A DNA stretch of 63,745 nt, counting the filler, from Hausera hauseri (Eukaryota), in the NCBI GenBank assembly GCA_046269625.1. It is 10 parts of 10 records of this genome, joined end to end, with 100 filler letters (N's around TTAATTAATTAA, not from the genome) between each part and the next. Parts side by side here need not be neighbours in the genome. Positions count along the whole stretch, not along the records: positions 1 to 6,692 come from JBJURY010074660.1; positions 6,793 to 15,820 come from JBJURY010482131.1; 8 more parts are not named here. One strand, written 5' to 3'. Within the stretch, counting starts at the first letter, position 1. The number at the start of each line of letters is the position of its first letter. A model generated the notes under the pieces. That model did not search any database. It was not told the DNA's origin and saw nothing but the letters and a program-made list of their open reading frames with translations. Below are positions 1 to 12,800 of this stretch, piece by piece. Position numbers and translations under genes: made by a program.

Positions 1-688
1 TAAGGAAAAACTTATGAAGACTAACTATTAATACAGATGACCAAAAAGTCGTGCAACCTATAGTAAAAAAACCTACTCGATCTAAACAGACGAGGTAAAC
101 GAAATAAAACTATAACAATTGCTAAAAATTTTGCTGATCAAATAATGGAATATTAAACGCCGAAGCTATATAAAGAATACAAAGAAGTAAAGAAATTAGC
201 TAAAGAACTATATTACATAGATACCGGAAAGGACCAAATAATATACCGTTCTCCGAAATGGAAAAAACGAGTAAAGGAACAGCTTATATTTGTGAAGAAT
301 ATTAAGAAAAATTCTCACTGGAGGAATTTTTTTGTTATGATATCGTCCAGGTTATCTTGGAAAAACCATCCCGTATAAATCTTGAAAAAGTAATAATTCT
401 ATTTATTTCAGAAACACTCAATGAAACCGATTAAAAAGTTACGACTGGGAAAATAATCCAAGCTAGTAAATCCATTATTCTTCAATATGGCAAATAGAAT
501 GAATTATTTTTGAGAAATGAAGATAAACAACAATCAGAACTAGAACAAACAACCTTAGAGAAAGCTATTTTTGAAATTACAGAGAGTAGCCCACAAGAGG
601 AAGTAGTTCTCCTAGTTATGGGAAAGATGGTGAAACAAGGTCAAGAAGAAATGAAAAAAGCAGCGGAAACAAAATAAATAGTCTCTTT

Positions 689-2530
689 ATGCAAATTATT
701 TTACTTATTCTTGTGCTATTCTCTAATTTTAAGAAAACGGGAACAATCTTAGAATACGACTGCGATAAAATCTATGGCAGAAGTTACTATTTACTTATGG
801 ACTTACAATCGTGCCCGGATGCATTTCCGAGCAAATTGGAAACCATAACTCAAAATCTATACATTTACTACGATAGAACTACACTACATATGAAAGGATT
901 GGAATTCTCATTACGGCTATTAAAAACTATTACTTATTGTGGCCACCTACATCACGACTAGGTTATTCAACCTACGACAATGCCAAGATATGTGCAAATC
1001 AATCCCACTCACTGCTGCGACGCAGGCGAAACGCAACAATTAAAATGGGGAGACATCTTACTAACTGCAATCAAAAGTCAAATAACACAACAAGAAAAGT
1101 GGATCGCCAGGCATAAAGATGAAAAAAGAAATTATAGAAGAAAAAGCTTTGATACCGGCAAAGGAGTTATTTCAAAAGTGGTCGTACATGATCAATACGA
1201 AGTCGAAATCAAAGAAAATACCTATGTTTTTGAAACAAGTACCCACACCGTGATGGCTGCGTCCTTCTGTAAATTAGAAACAGGACATTGACACACAACA
1301 ACTTCAACAATAGTATGGACAGCACCAAAAAGCTATGACTGTACATTAGTACAAATTCGAAATGGTGAATTTAATGTAACAACAGGAAAACGCTATGCTC
1401 GACATTACGAAGCAAACTTCGAGAATTCAGATACTCAAGCAATTCCTGAAGTAAGAACTCCAAAAATTATTATATCCAAGGATATCAAAGGAGTTAAGTT
1501 CATACAACAGGACTTAACCATAAAATGCGGACATCAAGTATTCAGTACGAATTACGAAAATTATTTGATATCTGAGAAAGAGATTAAGGAAGCTAATAAC
1601 TAACCAACCAACAATGCACAGCTGGTTAACATAGCTGATTATATTGCAAATAGGGATGACTTCTTGTTTTATTTAACCCACAAAAGTATAGAATAAGTGT
1701 ATTCTGAAACAATTCAAAATTTTTGCAAGGCTAACTTTGAAACGTTGAGAAACAGACTGGCCATTTATGCGTCCAATCCAGAAATGATCACAATTACCCT
1801 CCTTTTGGTGCAAGGATCCTAGGTAGAGTTTTAGACGAAGTACTATTTACATACAAATGTAAAAGATTAGACTTACCATTGATTACTAATACACCATGTT
1901 ACTGAGAAATACCAGTCAAATATAATAATGAAATCCGATATGTTTAACCGATTACAAGAATGCTGTTGGCGTCGCACACCATTCAGACAGAAATTAAAAC
2001 TGTACAGCACTAAATAAACCTTTTATCAAATATGATAATCAAGATCTTTGGGTAAGGTTACCGGACCAAGATAGAGTGAAATAAAAACCAAAAAATTGAC
2101 GATGACTAACCTCATATATGCCATTGAAATCAATATGTTTACTGATGTATCAAAATCGGCTTTATAAAGTAAAAAGGAAATAGACTCGTTCGTAAAGTTT
2201 CTGGCATATCCAAGACAACAAGAACAAGTCGGAAATCGAAGAATACATAGAGTGATTGATGATACAGCTGGAGAGAGAAAATGGGATCAATTATGGACCC
2301 AAGACGCATATACGAAAATTGTTTCGAGTTTATGACATAAAATGTGAGGAGGATTCCTCAAATTTAAACAAGTAGCCTCAAGATTTCTGGCTATTTGTTT
2401 CATCCTGCAAACCCTGAAAGTATGTATTAATTCGCTATTGAATGCTTACGAAATTTATAACTTAACAGGGTTGTCGTTAAGTATAATCGGTGCATTATTT
2501 TCACCGCTTGGCAAATTTATTAAAGCTTAT
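689..2530 (+). pseudogene. env: Envelope glycoprotein, chuvirus/mononegavirus-like class III fusion protein (copy A)
   Basis: IILLILVLFS then ILEYDC...LMDLQSC, TYCGHLHH, CKLETGH-HTTTSTIVW, FCKANFETLRNRLAIYASNP, CY-EIPVKYNN, KFLAYPRQQ, and TM SRFLAICFILQTLKVCINSLL; colinear with copies B and C. Confidence 0.85.
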
Positions 2531-4223
2531 CATGAAAAACAATGGCGAGGAAAACTAGAGAAGCATGTAGATTACAAAACAAGTAAACCAGTAGTTAAGG
2601 ATACCTCATCAAGCTTTGACAACGATGATGCACCAGGGTATTACCCAGAATGTGGAATAAAAAAGAAAAAAATAAAGAAATTATTCAACATCACGAAAAT
2701 GAAATTGAAAAATAATTATAACAAACCAAATGCACCATATAAAAGTAAAACCATTCCGACTGTGAAATTGCCTAATTTACCAGACATGAAAGACCTATAT
2801 GCTACAAGAGAAGAGTACATAAGATTACGTAGTCTACCCAAATTCTCAAAAGAAGAGTTACTTCAATCCATAATTACACAAAACATGGAAAGGAACCGAG
2901 TGTCATTACCAATATCCCCAAAAATGGGTATAAGGCCACCAATACCTCACCATCGAGTGAAGGCGAACACTTCTCTTAACAGTCATAATATTGAACAGCA
3001 GAAAGAATCAAGATACTTACCCTTAATAATAAAATCTGCTGATGTACAACAAAATCCAACGGAGCGCACAAGTAATTATCCGGATCTCACTGAGTTCAAA
3101 CAACAAAACACGAAACTCGAGGAAGATCCTCAATCTCAGGATAGTCTGACAGTTATACTATCAAATGGAACAATAACAAATTATTGTGCAGCCAGTTATA
3201 TCTTAATGGAACCACATATAGACGATCATAATGACGTACTAACCGTTCTTGAAATTATAAGAGACAGTCGGTCGCACACTACTATCTACTTCGATACATT
3301 CGATATAGATGCGATGATAGACACAGCAGCTAGTGTCTCCTTAATAGCCAAACATGCGATACCTAATGAACTCCAATCTCAAATAAAGAAGGAACGTGCA
3401 GGCACTACTTCAGCTTTTGAACAATGTCTAAAACCTTATAGGTATTGAAAATGTGAGCCTTTGATTTGTGGGTAAAAGATAAAAGTAACCCTAGATGTGA
3501 TGAATACTTTAGATCCTCGATGCATTATTGGATGAAAGTTTTACGAAAACTTGAAGGATTCCATATTAACCTACAATCAGGATCAATTTGTCCTAATAAT
3601 GAAAACGTTCCCAGAAATTATAAAAAAACAGACATCTGGATAGGACATACTGAGAAAATACCACCGTACTCCAGGATGGTTATTCATGCCAGAATAATAT
3701 TTCCAGACAACAGCATTTTTGAATTTATACCAGAATTTCTTCTAAATGGACTTATATTACCTCACTATTGTGTCAACGTGATCGGAGGAACAATCCCTAT
3801 TGAAGTATTGAATCCATCACCAAAATATATTACATTATTTCCAAGAATGAAAATTGGACAAGCTTATGAAACGGTTTGTCATACCGAAATCGACGGTAAA
3901 CTTGCAGCAGTTTCGTTGGATAAAGAAAGGAAAGTTGAAGATACGCTCGACATTGTTTTCACAAAAGCGAAGAAAAATTTATCGGTTGAATATTTGGATA
4001 ATTTCTCAGAATTAATTTATGAATATATTGAAATATTTGCAAAAGATGAAACTGATATTGGACGAACCGACTTAGTCGAATTCAAATTATGCTTTTTGAT
4101 TAATCCTCGGACAGAAAAAGCGGTAGATTTATTGCGACAACCTATTCCAAAATATTATCCACCTCCAAAAGCACTCCAAAAGGAAGTTGAGAACAAATAC
4201 AAGCAATGTTAGGTAAAGGTATC
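2438..4223 (+). pseudogene. Env cytoplasmic tail fused in-frame to retroviral aspartic protease, then degenerate dUTPase-like domain and RT N-terminal stub (copy A)
   Basis: ORF 2438-3448 runs unbroken from the env membrane region (AYEIYNLTGLSLSIIGALF) to DAMIDTAASVSLI; 3466-4212 has IPPYSRMVI...IPIEVLNPS...KIGQA and IFAKDETDIGRT. Confidence 0.85.
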
Positions 4224-4479
4224 AAATAGGGGCGCAGACGCAATTTCGAGATTACCTTATAAATGAATAGTACATGAACCAACGGACAAAGAGAAAGATA
4301 GGCCATTGAACGAAAAAATTATCAATGACATGTTACAGGAACAACAACAAGTTTAGATTCAAAACATTGAAACCTTATAAAACCAAGATCCGTTCATTTT
4401 TTTAGGTCAAACAATTAGTCAATGGATATACGTTTGAGCAAGTATCAAGCCAAATTCAGAAATTTTATGAAAAACAGAA

Positions 4480-5620
4480 AGAACAATTAGAAATTGAAAA
4501 TGGTGTTTTGAAACTTAAGAGCGGAGAACGGAAATTAATAATGGTACCCACTCCAGCAATTAAACCTGCGATGTTACAGGAACATGATTCGCATTTAGCC
4601 GGTCACAAATCACTAAATAAAACCCTAAAGCGAATAACTGCAAAATTTTATTGGCCTTAGATGAACAAACACATTGAAGGATGGGTACGTTCTTGCAGAA
4701 TGTGTGCAACTCGGAAGGATAAAAGATTTCGTGCAAAACCAATTTTGGGAAACCTTCCAGAGGCACGACAACCAATGGAAATTTGTTCAATGGACATTTC
4801 AAAACCCTTCCCATCGTCAGATTCAGGATATAGATATATTCTGTCACTCGTAGATTATTATTCGAGATATGTTATCTTAGTTCCCTTGAAAAATATGACA
4901 AGTAGCACGGTACGGAAACCTTCTTCCACGAAATAGTAGCAATGTTAGGCACTCCAAAGCAGTTACTAACTGACCGAGCATCATATTTTATCAGTGAATT
5001 TTTTGAAAAATTATCAAGGATATTTCAGTGTAAACACTTGCTAACCACATCATACCATCCACAATGTAATGGTATGGTTGAACGAATGAATCGAACAATT
5101 CAAGGTATTTTGTCTACAAAAGTTTCCCATGATCAAAAAGATTGGCATCTTCATTTAAAAACCACACCTTTTGCGATCAATACTACACCTACCAAAGGTA
5201 CAAATCATTCACCATTTGAATTGATGTTTGGACAATTACCTTTGTTACCGTTGGATACCGAATTATTGCCGTCCCCTTTAACAATAAGCGACCATATGAA
5301 TGATTAATACCAAGACCTACTCAAAAGACTGGAATACTTTCAGAGGGAAGCCAAAACTTTCGAAGAAAAATATAAAAGCGGTTACGGGAACAGTTCAATA
5401 AAAAGGCGCGTCCACACACCTACAAAATTGGTGAGTACATAATAATACATTATCCGTCGTAAAGAAAGGAAAGTCGTTGAAATTGACACGTACCGGCCAA
5501 GGACCATATAAAGTAGTAGACGTGCGTCCATAAACTCTTTCTATCCAAAAGGGACCTAATAAATATGAAGCGGTATCCGTACAACAAGTTACGAGAGCAT
5601 CAGCATTGTATAATGAATTC
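4480..5620 (+). pseudogene. Integrase (HHCC, DDE core, GPY/F) of copy A
   Basis: HDSHLAGH...CRMC; MDISKPF...VDYYSRY; LLTDRASYF; HPQCNGMVERMNRT; KKGKSLKL...QGPYKVV. Confidence 0.93.
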
Positions 5621-5746
5621 ATACGACAGTCAGATTTCAACTCTGCAGAAACGGTAGAACCTAAAGTAGCTCTTTTATCCCAAAAACCTAGTAACCGGAA
5701 CTTTTACAGGTGCCGAGTTCACCTCATATTGGGTAGATACTTTTGT

Positions 5747-6657
5747 ATGGTTTAATTTCTTTTGTTTGCGTTTTTCTTGAAACTTACAGCTGCTATCGAC
5801 AACAATACTGAATTGGTCCAACGTGCAACCATTACACATGTCGATAAAAGCAAACCTAGTATTTGCTTCAGAACGCATTTACCAGTGTACCCACGGCACG
5901 AAATAAAACTTGTATTCACGCTATCAGATAATGTATTGACCAGTTGTTCAATCCCGGAAAAACACCGTAAAACATGTTGTCAATTGAGATAGAACACTTC
6001 TAATACTTATTACGTGCTATTAAAAACTCCTGATCCAGATGGATATGTCACCAAATGGAACTCAAACGTAAATATTCATATTCCCACTTACGGTATCATG
6101 GGATTCCTGGCTAACTTAGACTTACCAAATTATGACACATTTACCACCCGATTCTTAGAGAATAATCTGGAAATCTTAGATATTGACCCAACTACTCCAT
6201 ATATTAATTTTCACACTATACAACTTTTACCTCTTGGATATGAAATCGATATATGGTATGATACTTATTCCAGATTTGTTCCGCAATTACATTTTTGTAA
6301 TCTAAACGGTGCACATGATCGAGTATGCTGTACTCTCCATACCGACATATGATATTCACTTTGTTTTGACATGTACTTAAGGATTGGTAACAATCCTTCC
6401 AACCGTATACATTCTTTTCGATTACCAATGTTTATCTTTATTAAGCAGGCACAACTGAAATCGATTTCGTGTCAGATAACAAGTGCAACTACTACAACTA
6501 GGAATACCACACTTATTTCTACATCAACTACCCGGGTAGTCAGCCCTTAGGGTAGGAGAAAAGACAATGAAAAAGATGGAAAAGATGAAGACTATGGAAA
6601 TGAGGAAGACAACAAGCTAAAGTCAAAGCCAAAAATAAGCAAACACATAAGTAGGTA
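5747..6657 (+). pseudogene. Post-integrase secreted/surface protein with two Cys-containing repeats and a Thr-rich stalk (copy A)
   Basis: Signal-like FLLFAFFLKLTAA|IDNN in the integrase frame; repeats SCSIPEKHRKTCCQL and FCNLNGAHDRVCCTL; TSATTTTRNTTLISTSTT near the end. Confidence 0.55.
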
Positions 6658-6692
6658 GTTAGGAGTGCATGGCCGCAAGCCCCCCCCCACGG

Positions 6693-6792
6693 NNNNNNNN
6701 NNNNNNNNNNNNNNNNNNNNNNNNNNNNNNNNNNNNTTAATTAATTAANNNNNNNNNNNNNNNNNNNNNNNNNNNNNNNNNNNNNNNNNNNN
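6693..6792. other. Artificial contig spacer (N44-TTAATTAATTAA-N44). Identical spacers at 15821-15920, 21387-21486, 25814-25913, 32212-32311, 45328-45427, 49874-49973, 54737-54836, 59007-59106
   Basis: Exactly 100 bp each, with a six-frame-stop palindrome in the centre; sequence changes abruptly on either side. Confidence 0.97.
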
Positions 6793-7420
6793 CGTATAAG
6801 TATGGAGTTTGATAGGAGTTGTTGCATTATTCGCTATTCTGATATGCACGCGACCAGAGTGTACTTTCATAAGTACGTTACTGAGCGTTATATTTGGATT
6901 TAACGTTTCCTTTGGTTCAAAATATACTGGCTGATCGTCATCTTGCTGAATTTGTGCATAAATTATTATTTCCGTTCTTGGTGGGATATTTTCATCTACT
7001 GGTATCCACACTTCTCCAAATTTTCTATCCTTAGCGTCTTTCACGCCTTTCTTGGGTCTGATTTCTATTAATTTTCCTGTTTGCAAGTCGATTGCTATAT
7101 TTGGTAGCCTTTTTAATAAATCGCATCCCAGAACGACATCGTCAGTTAATTGTTCCATGATTGCAAATTCATGTCGAAATGTTTGTCCAATTAATTGGAT
7201 ATCTGGGTTCCATTTAAACATTAGTTTTGACATTTGGCCAAATGCTCCTGTACTATCCGGGTCTTTCGTATACTGCGGATATAACTATCTTCTTAGCGTT
7301 TGAGGTATTAAATCATTTTTGATGTAAGACATCTCGGAACCCGTATCAATTAACGCATAAACTTCCCAATCTTCAATAATGATTTTGTCGAAGGGTCTTC
7401 CTTTGATCACGGTTCCAAAA
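6793..7420 (-). pseudogene. Aspartic protease plus degenerate dUTPase-like domain (copy B)
   Basis: YALIDTGSEMSYI, DVVLGCDLL, IPPRTEIII...HIRIANN..PIKL. Confidence 0.88.
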
Positions 7421-8059
7421 CAGTTTGCTGCTACTTTCGAACGTGTAGTCACTGATATTTTGTGTCCGTATATTTGTACTTCTGGGGCGGATACTACGTT
7501 TCCCGATAATTGTCTTAATTCTTCGTTTGGATAGAATTCATTTTTTTCTACATGTAGTTCTTCCATTTCATGAGTACCTATTTGCGGCTCTCGATTGTTG
7601 GTATGTAGTTCAGTATGTTGGAAGGTTTTCAATCTTGGGTTGTCCCAAACCGTCGATCTAGTTTCGATATTTTTAGGTTCTCATGGTGAATACAACATCT
7701 TGGGGTCATCTGCGGATTGTCGTAAAATTCCGTAACGTTTTGTCCCTTCGTAAGGATCCTCTAAATTAATTTTTCTTTTATAAATTTCCTTTTGATATGA
7801 GCTCATGGATCGCTTGTCACAAACTTCGTAGAATGGAGCGGTAGGGGGTGATATGGGTAATGGCGCTTTAACTACAGAGTACACCTTGTGTCTATTCATC
7901 CTTGAAAATGCTTCTCCTCCCTTAGGCTCGTCATCATCTGATTATTTCTTCGTATAATAGGTTTTGTAGACTTCCGCTTTCGTGGGAATAACGGTCTCCC
8001 TCTTCCTTTGCGATTATAATAACTGACATGACGTTCTACGTCCAATTTTCATCTGCTCT

Positions 8060-9893
8060 CTTTGTAAGCTTTTAAGAATTTTCCAAAAGGCTTTATGATT
8101 TCAGTCAGAATTTTACATGAAAATCCGATTAGTGTAAATATTTCGTATCAGTTTATTAAGGCTTGGATAACTGCCTTAATCATTTGTATCAGAAAATATA
8201 TCGCTAAAAATCCTGATGCGGCTTGTCCAAAAATTAAAAATCTTCCCCAGATTTTGTAGAGTATTTCTGTTGTCACTCTCTGATAGTGGTTCACGCCAAG
8301 TAATGATTCCCATTTAGCCTGATATCGTGTATCGTCTACTACAGACACCATAGCTCGATTTAGCTCATGTGTTCGTTGTCGTGGGAAGGCGAGGAATTGT
8401 CTGAAAGCCTCAATTTCCTTCGGCCTATATATACCTTTTGACGAGGTGTCTTGAAATTTATCGTCTACAATACCCTTCGCAAGAATCGTCCCTGTTAGCT
8501 TGTTAGGAGCGGCAGTAATACCTCCGTTAGATAAACTAACCCAGTCTGTTTCACTTCGTCTGAACATTGGCTCTCCTAAGCTTGCTTTGCAATCTTTAAG
8601 AATGGTTGGTTGTGTTGCGTTATCCAACAGCACTCTCGTCAACGGTGTAGCTAATCTCGGAGTATTCTGATAAATAACAGGAAGTTCTTGGATGCAGCGT
8701 TTTTCTTCTACGTTGATGGGTCTTCTCTTTTTTCGCATTCATAGGTTATCAATACTTCGCCCGTAACTCGACCGAAAATTCCTTCTCTTATGGGAATTAT
8801 TGGAGAAGCTAATTCCGGGTTTGCATAAATAAGCGCCATTTTAGTTCTCATGATTTCTGTATCTAATTTGCAGTCATTCATTATCATTTTGTGATATAAT
8901 TCCGCTATTCCAACTTGTCCTTTATAGTAGAAGTAATAGTCTCTATTTTTCAGGTAATCTTCAATCCGAACATACTGCGTTTCTAATTTGTAGGTTTTTG
9001 CGTTTATCTCCGTTCCGGCTACAAAGAACGCTTCGTAGTTTGTGGTGAACATTACTACATCGCAACGAGTCATCATCTTTTTTTTATAAATTTTAGTCCG
9101 TACAGGTCTGAGATTAATATAGTCGGTGTAGGGTGTTCCGATACATCTTCGCGCGTTCTCGAATTAGTCTCCGATTTGTCTGCATATCGTTTTCCGGTAG
9201 TTTCATTAAACTTTAACTCTTTAATTTTGATAAAGTTAAAGCTTCTTCCAGAGGGAGGTTCCCATATTATAACCGAAATTCTAAAAGCACAGGTTCCGTC
9301 TTTTAAATGACATTTCTGATTCTCAGTGTATAATTTAGTAACACTATGGAACATTGCCTTTTGTAATCGCTTTTCTGATTCGTAGAAATCCACAATTACT
9401 ACTTTTGGTTCTAATCCTTTGCCAGTATCATATTCTGGTCCATTACAATGTCCGGTATGCATATCCAGCCTTCCGGCTACTACTTTCTATGGTCTGATTA
9501 TCTTTCGTGGTTACATTTCTAATTGCATACTGTCCCATTGTACTCTTCCAGTCTCTTTAGCTTGTTTGCAATGTTGGCGTTCTAAATTCATTGGAATTAG
9601 TGGAGTGGTTGGCTTAATTATGGAGGAATGTCCGTGTATTAGTCCATAGTGGAAAATACTACGCGATCGTCTTAACATGCACTCCATTCCGTCTAACCAT
9701 ATCAATTCTTGTTGTTGATACAGGAAGTAACTTTTCTCTCACGTTTCCAATTTGTGCGGTCTGGCGTCCTCGCATACTTCTAGGTCCATTAAGGAATATC
9801 TCTGTCCTAATTTAAACTTATCGCAATCATAGACGGTTACCGAACTTATCTGCTTTATTAGCATCATTAAGGTAAGCAAGCTAATTAGCCAAT
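8060..9893 (-). pseudogene. env: Envelope glycoprotein, chuvirus-like class III fusion protein (copy B)
   Basis: NWLISLLTLMMLIKQISS|VTVYDC..YSLMDLEVC; ECMLRRSRSIFH; CHLKDGTC; LYHKMIMNDCKL; GEVLITYEC; CIQELPVIY..TPLTRVL; GIY..FLAFP; TM WGRFLIFGQAASGFLAIYFLIQMIKAVI. Confidence 0.88.
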
Positions 9894-9899
9894 TCGATT

Positions 9900-12800
9900 C
9901 ATTTTTCCGACCTCCAACATCTGACGTTGTCAAGTTACGCAACTTATCGTCGAGTTTATTGTTGTTTAGTTTGTCTTCTTCCTTGTCAAATATCTTTGAC
10001 CAATTTATTTCGCAGGGCAATCTTTTCGCTGCTTTTCGTGCTAAGCTTATAGCTCTATTGATTTCATTCTCCCGATTAGGATTTATTTTGATAGCCAAGT
10101 ATAGCAGTACCTTTCTCAATTCTTCATTCGTATTTTCTACCATGATCTTTTCTGTTACTGACTCGTCGGTTAAGTTACTTTTTGATAGTTTGAAACGTCA
10201 GCTTCTCATCATTTTAACTTCATCGAAAATTATTTTTTCTTTATCATCTAATACATCTCCTCGAAAACTAGAATAATTCACAATTCGTATTAAATTTTTC
10301 ATTAACTCGTTTAATTCCTCATTATCCGAACTAAAAGTCGGAATCGACATCTGCTTCAATTCCCTAATTAATTCTCCGTTGTAATCCACTTCTTCTCGAA
10401 TTTTTCTAGATCTGTCTACTGGGCGCTTTTGTCTTGGACCCTTAGTGGTTGTTTCACTTAGTGGTACTATATTTATTTCGTATTGTTCCTTATCTTCCTC
10501 TGTTTGCAAATACTCAAAATATAGTGCAGCGTCTCGGACACCCATGATTTGTCCTACACATTGTTCTGTTTTGGCTTTACGTGTAGCTTCTTCTTTTGTC
10601 TGTGTGTTAGCTATCACTACTACTATCCGATTTGTTTCGTCAGGAATAATCCCGACGTCTATTAGATGTTCTTGGTCATCGAGTATTCTACCTCTAAAAT
10701 AAAATCTGTAGTTTAAGTCGTTCGTTCCACCATTGTTTATCAGCCATTCTCTTATATCCTTTACGTAGGAATGTGTATTTACTTCGCATTTTTTTCGTCC
10801 ATCCATTAGGATGACACCATTACCTTTATCGCCACCGTAGGTTTAGACCTCAAGATCTTAGCGTACCTCCTTATCAAAAGTTTTGGCACCGTACTGTAAA
10901 TCGTGTTTTCGCTAGATAGTTTAGTTAAAGTTGGAATAAGTTGTCTTAATTTACTTTCAGTAATGTTTACGTCAATTAGTTCAATCAAATCCCTTTCAGT
11001 TAGCTCTGAATCCAGTAGCATCTTTACATTGAATCTCCTGTCCTGCGGACATGTCTCTATTTTGTTTAGTTGTACTGCAGTCATAGATTTTCCGGCGAAT
11101 ATTTCGTCGAAGTATGCATCCCATTCGGGTTCGTTTCCGGCATACGGGAGTCGATAGTCCATTAAAGCCGCATTGGCTCTTTGAATGTTTTCCCGAATTT
11201 CCTTTAATCTAGGTTGTATTTCTTTCATTTGCGTAGTTCGGAACCCTACTCCATTTCCACAGGCATACTGAATCATTTTCAGTAGTTCAACCAATTCGTT
11301 TGGGCCGACCAGTCCTTTCTGGTGATAATAGGTCAATTCTAGAATCACATCCTTTTGACATCTTTGTACGAATTATCGTTTATTCTTAATTTCTGATTCG
11401 GTAAAAGCATATATGTTTCGATAGACTTCGAGCTCCTTTGTTATTTCCTCTAACTTTGTTGCTCTCTGTTTCGTCTTGATACATGTTTCTTCTACTTTCT
11501 GTATCTTGGACATCAACTGCCTCATCTGCTCATCGCTGATTTCTGCCATTTCCACTAATATATAGGCTAACTCATACAGCTCATTTATAACCTTCGAATC
11601 AGGGTCCATTGCATCCGACAATTTCTTTACAAACTTGTGTTCCTGAAAGCTAAAATGTGGGTCGTTCCCGATTTCTATTAACTTGGTATGGAAATTTTGG
11701 TCCGATCCGGCCATCCATGCTTGATGTTTGTGTAAAAACCTTATTGCATCCGTTAACGTATCTCGATATCCTGGACAAATGTCCAAGATTACAATGTCGG
11801 GTATTGAAATTTTGTCGATTGGTTTCTCGGTTAAATATTAAATCCCTTCTAGCCGAACAATCCTTAACTTTGCGTTTACATCATGAATCATATTCCGTTT
11901 CTCCGTAAAGTTTGTCTATTCAATCAATTTGTAGATTTCCTCCATCATTGACGCTCCCAGTTCCTTTTTCATAAATTTTAGTCGTCGTAGCCGTTTGAAT
12001 TGAGTACGGATATCTATTTCTATCCGCAACGTGGCTAAATCGTGTGCACTTTCCTCTAGTTGCTTCTTCGCCGTTGGCTCGCTTTGCGGAAATTCTGTTT
12101 TACGTTCTTCTACCAATTTGGTTAGTCGCGTTACTAATTCGGACCATTCCGACAGTTGATTTGCGATTACAGGTTTCGCAATTATTGCTTTATCTATCAT
12201 CTTATAAGCATCTTCTAACTCATCGTCTGGTCCTCTTAGGAAATTCATAACTCGTACGACATAACTAAACTCATCCTTGTACTCGTCCAATTCTATGATA
12301 CAAGCCTTTACTATATATTGGGTATCCTCGTTGTTTGGGAACATAATTCGATTTCTTAAATTATAAATCTGTGCTTATATTTCATTTTATATTCTAATAC
12401 GATCCTCTAATTTCGTATACCGTCTAGGTTTAGCGAAAATGAGTTTAAATGTCCATTAAGGGAGGAATATCTACTAGGTCTATACCCAATTTTTCTAAGT
12501 CGATATTACTTCGGTGGTTAACCGGTTTTTCCCTGAGCCGGCGAATCATTTCAAGGCGAATTTCATCCATCATACGTTCCAAACTGCGAGCTGCTCTCTT
12601 TAATTTCGGGCTTGCTTCTAAAATGGACAGTAATGCCTGAACTTTAGTGATTTTTACGTCGACTTTATCTTCATTTTTATTCCAAACTTCTGAAATTTCT
12701 ACTCCGCTTTTAACCCATGATTCTAATTCTTGCTTCCATTTTAACAACGTTTCGGTTGATACTTCTTCAGGTTGTTCTACGTCGATTGCTTCCGCAAACT

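Larger units (their letters stand above)
1..6692 (+). mobile_element. Ty3/Gypsy retroelement copy A (env-before-pol family, divergent lineage), decayed, RT/RNase H deleted
   Basis: Domain order: signal peptide, glycoprotein, TM, protease (AMIDTAASVSLI), dUTPase-like spacer, ADAISRLP, HHCC/DDE integrase, GPY, extra ORF; many stops and frameshifts. Confidence 0.9.

Noticed and set aside
6737-6748. Recurrent TTAATTAATTAA palindrome as a biological site
   Set aside because: Always centred in exactly 100-bp N spacers; an assembly linker
8060-9893. Stand-alone endogenous chuvirus
   Set aside because: No L or N gene; the glycoprotein is in-frame with retroelement domains at the same position in three copies
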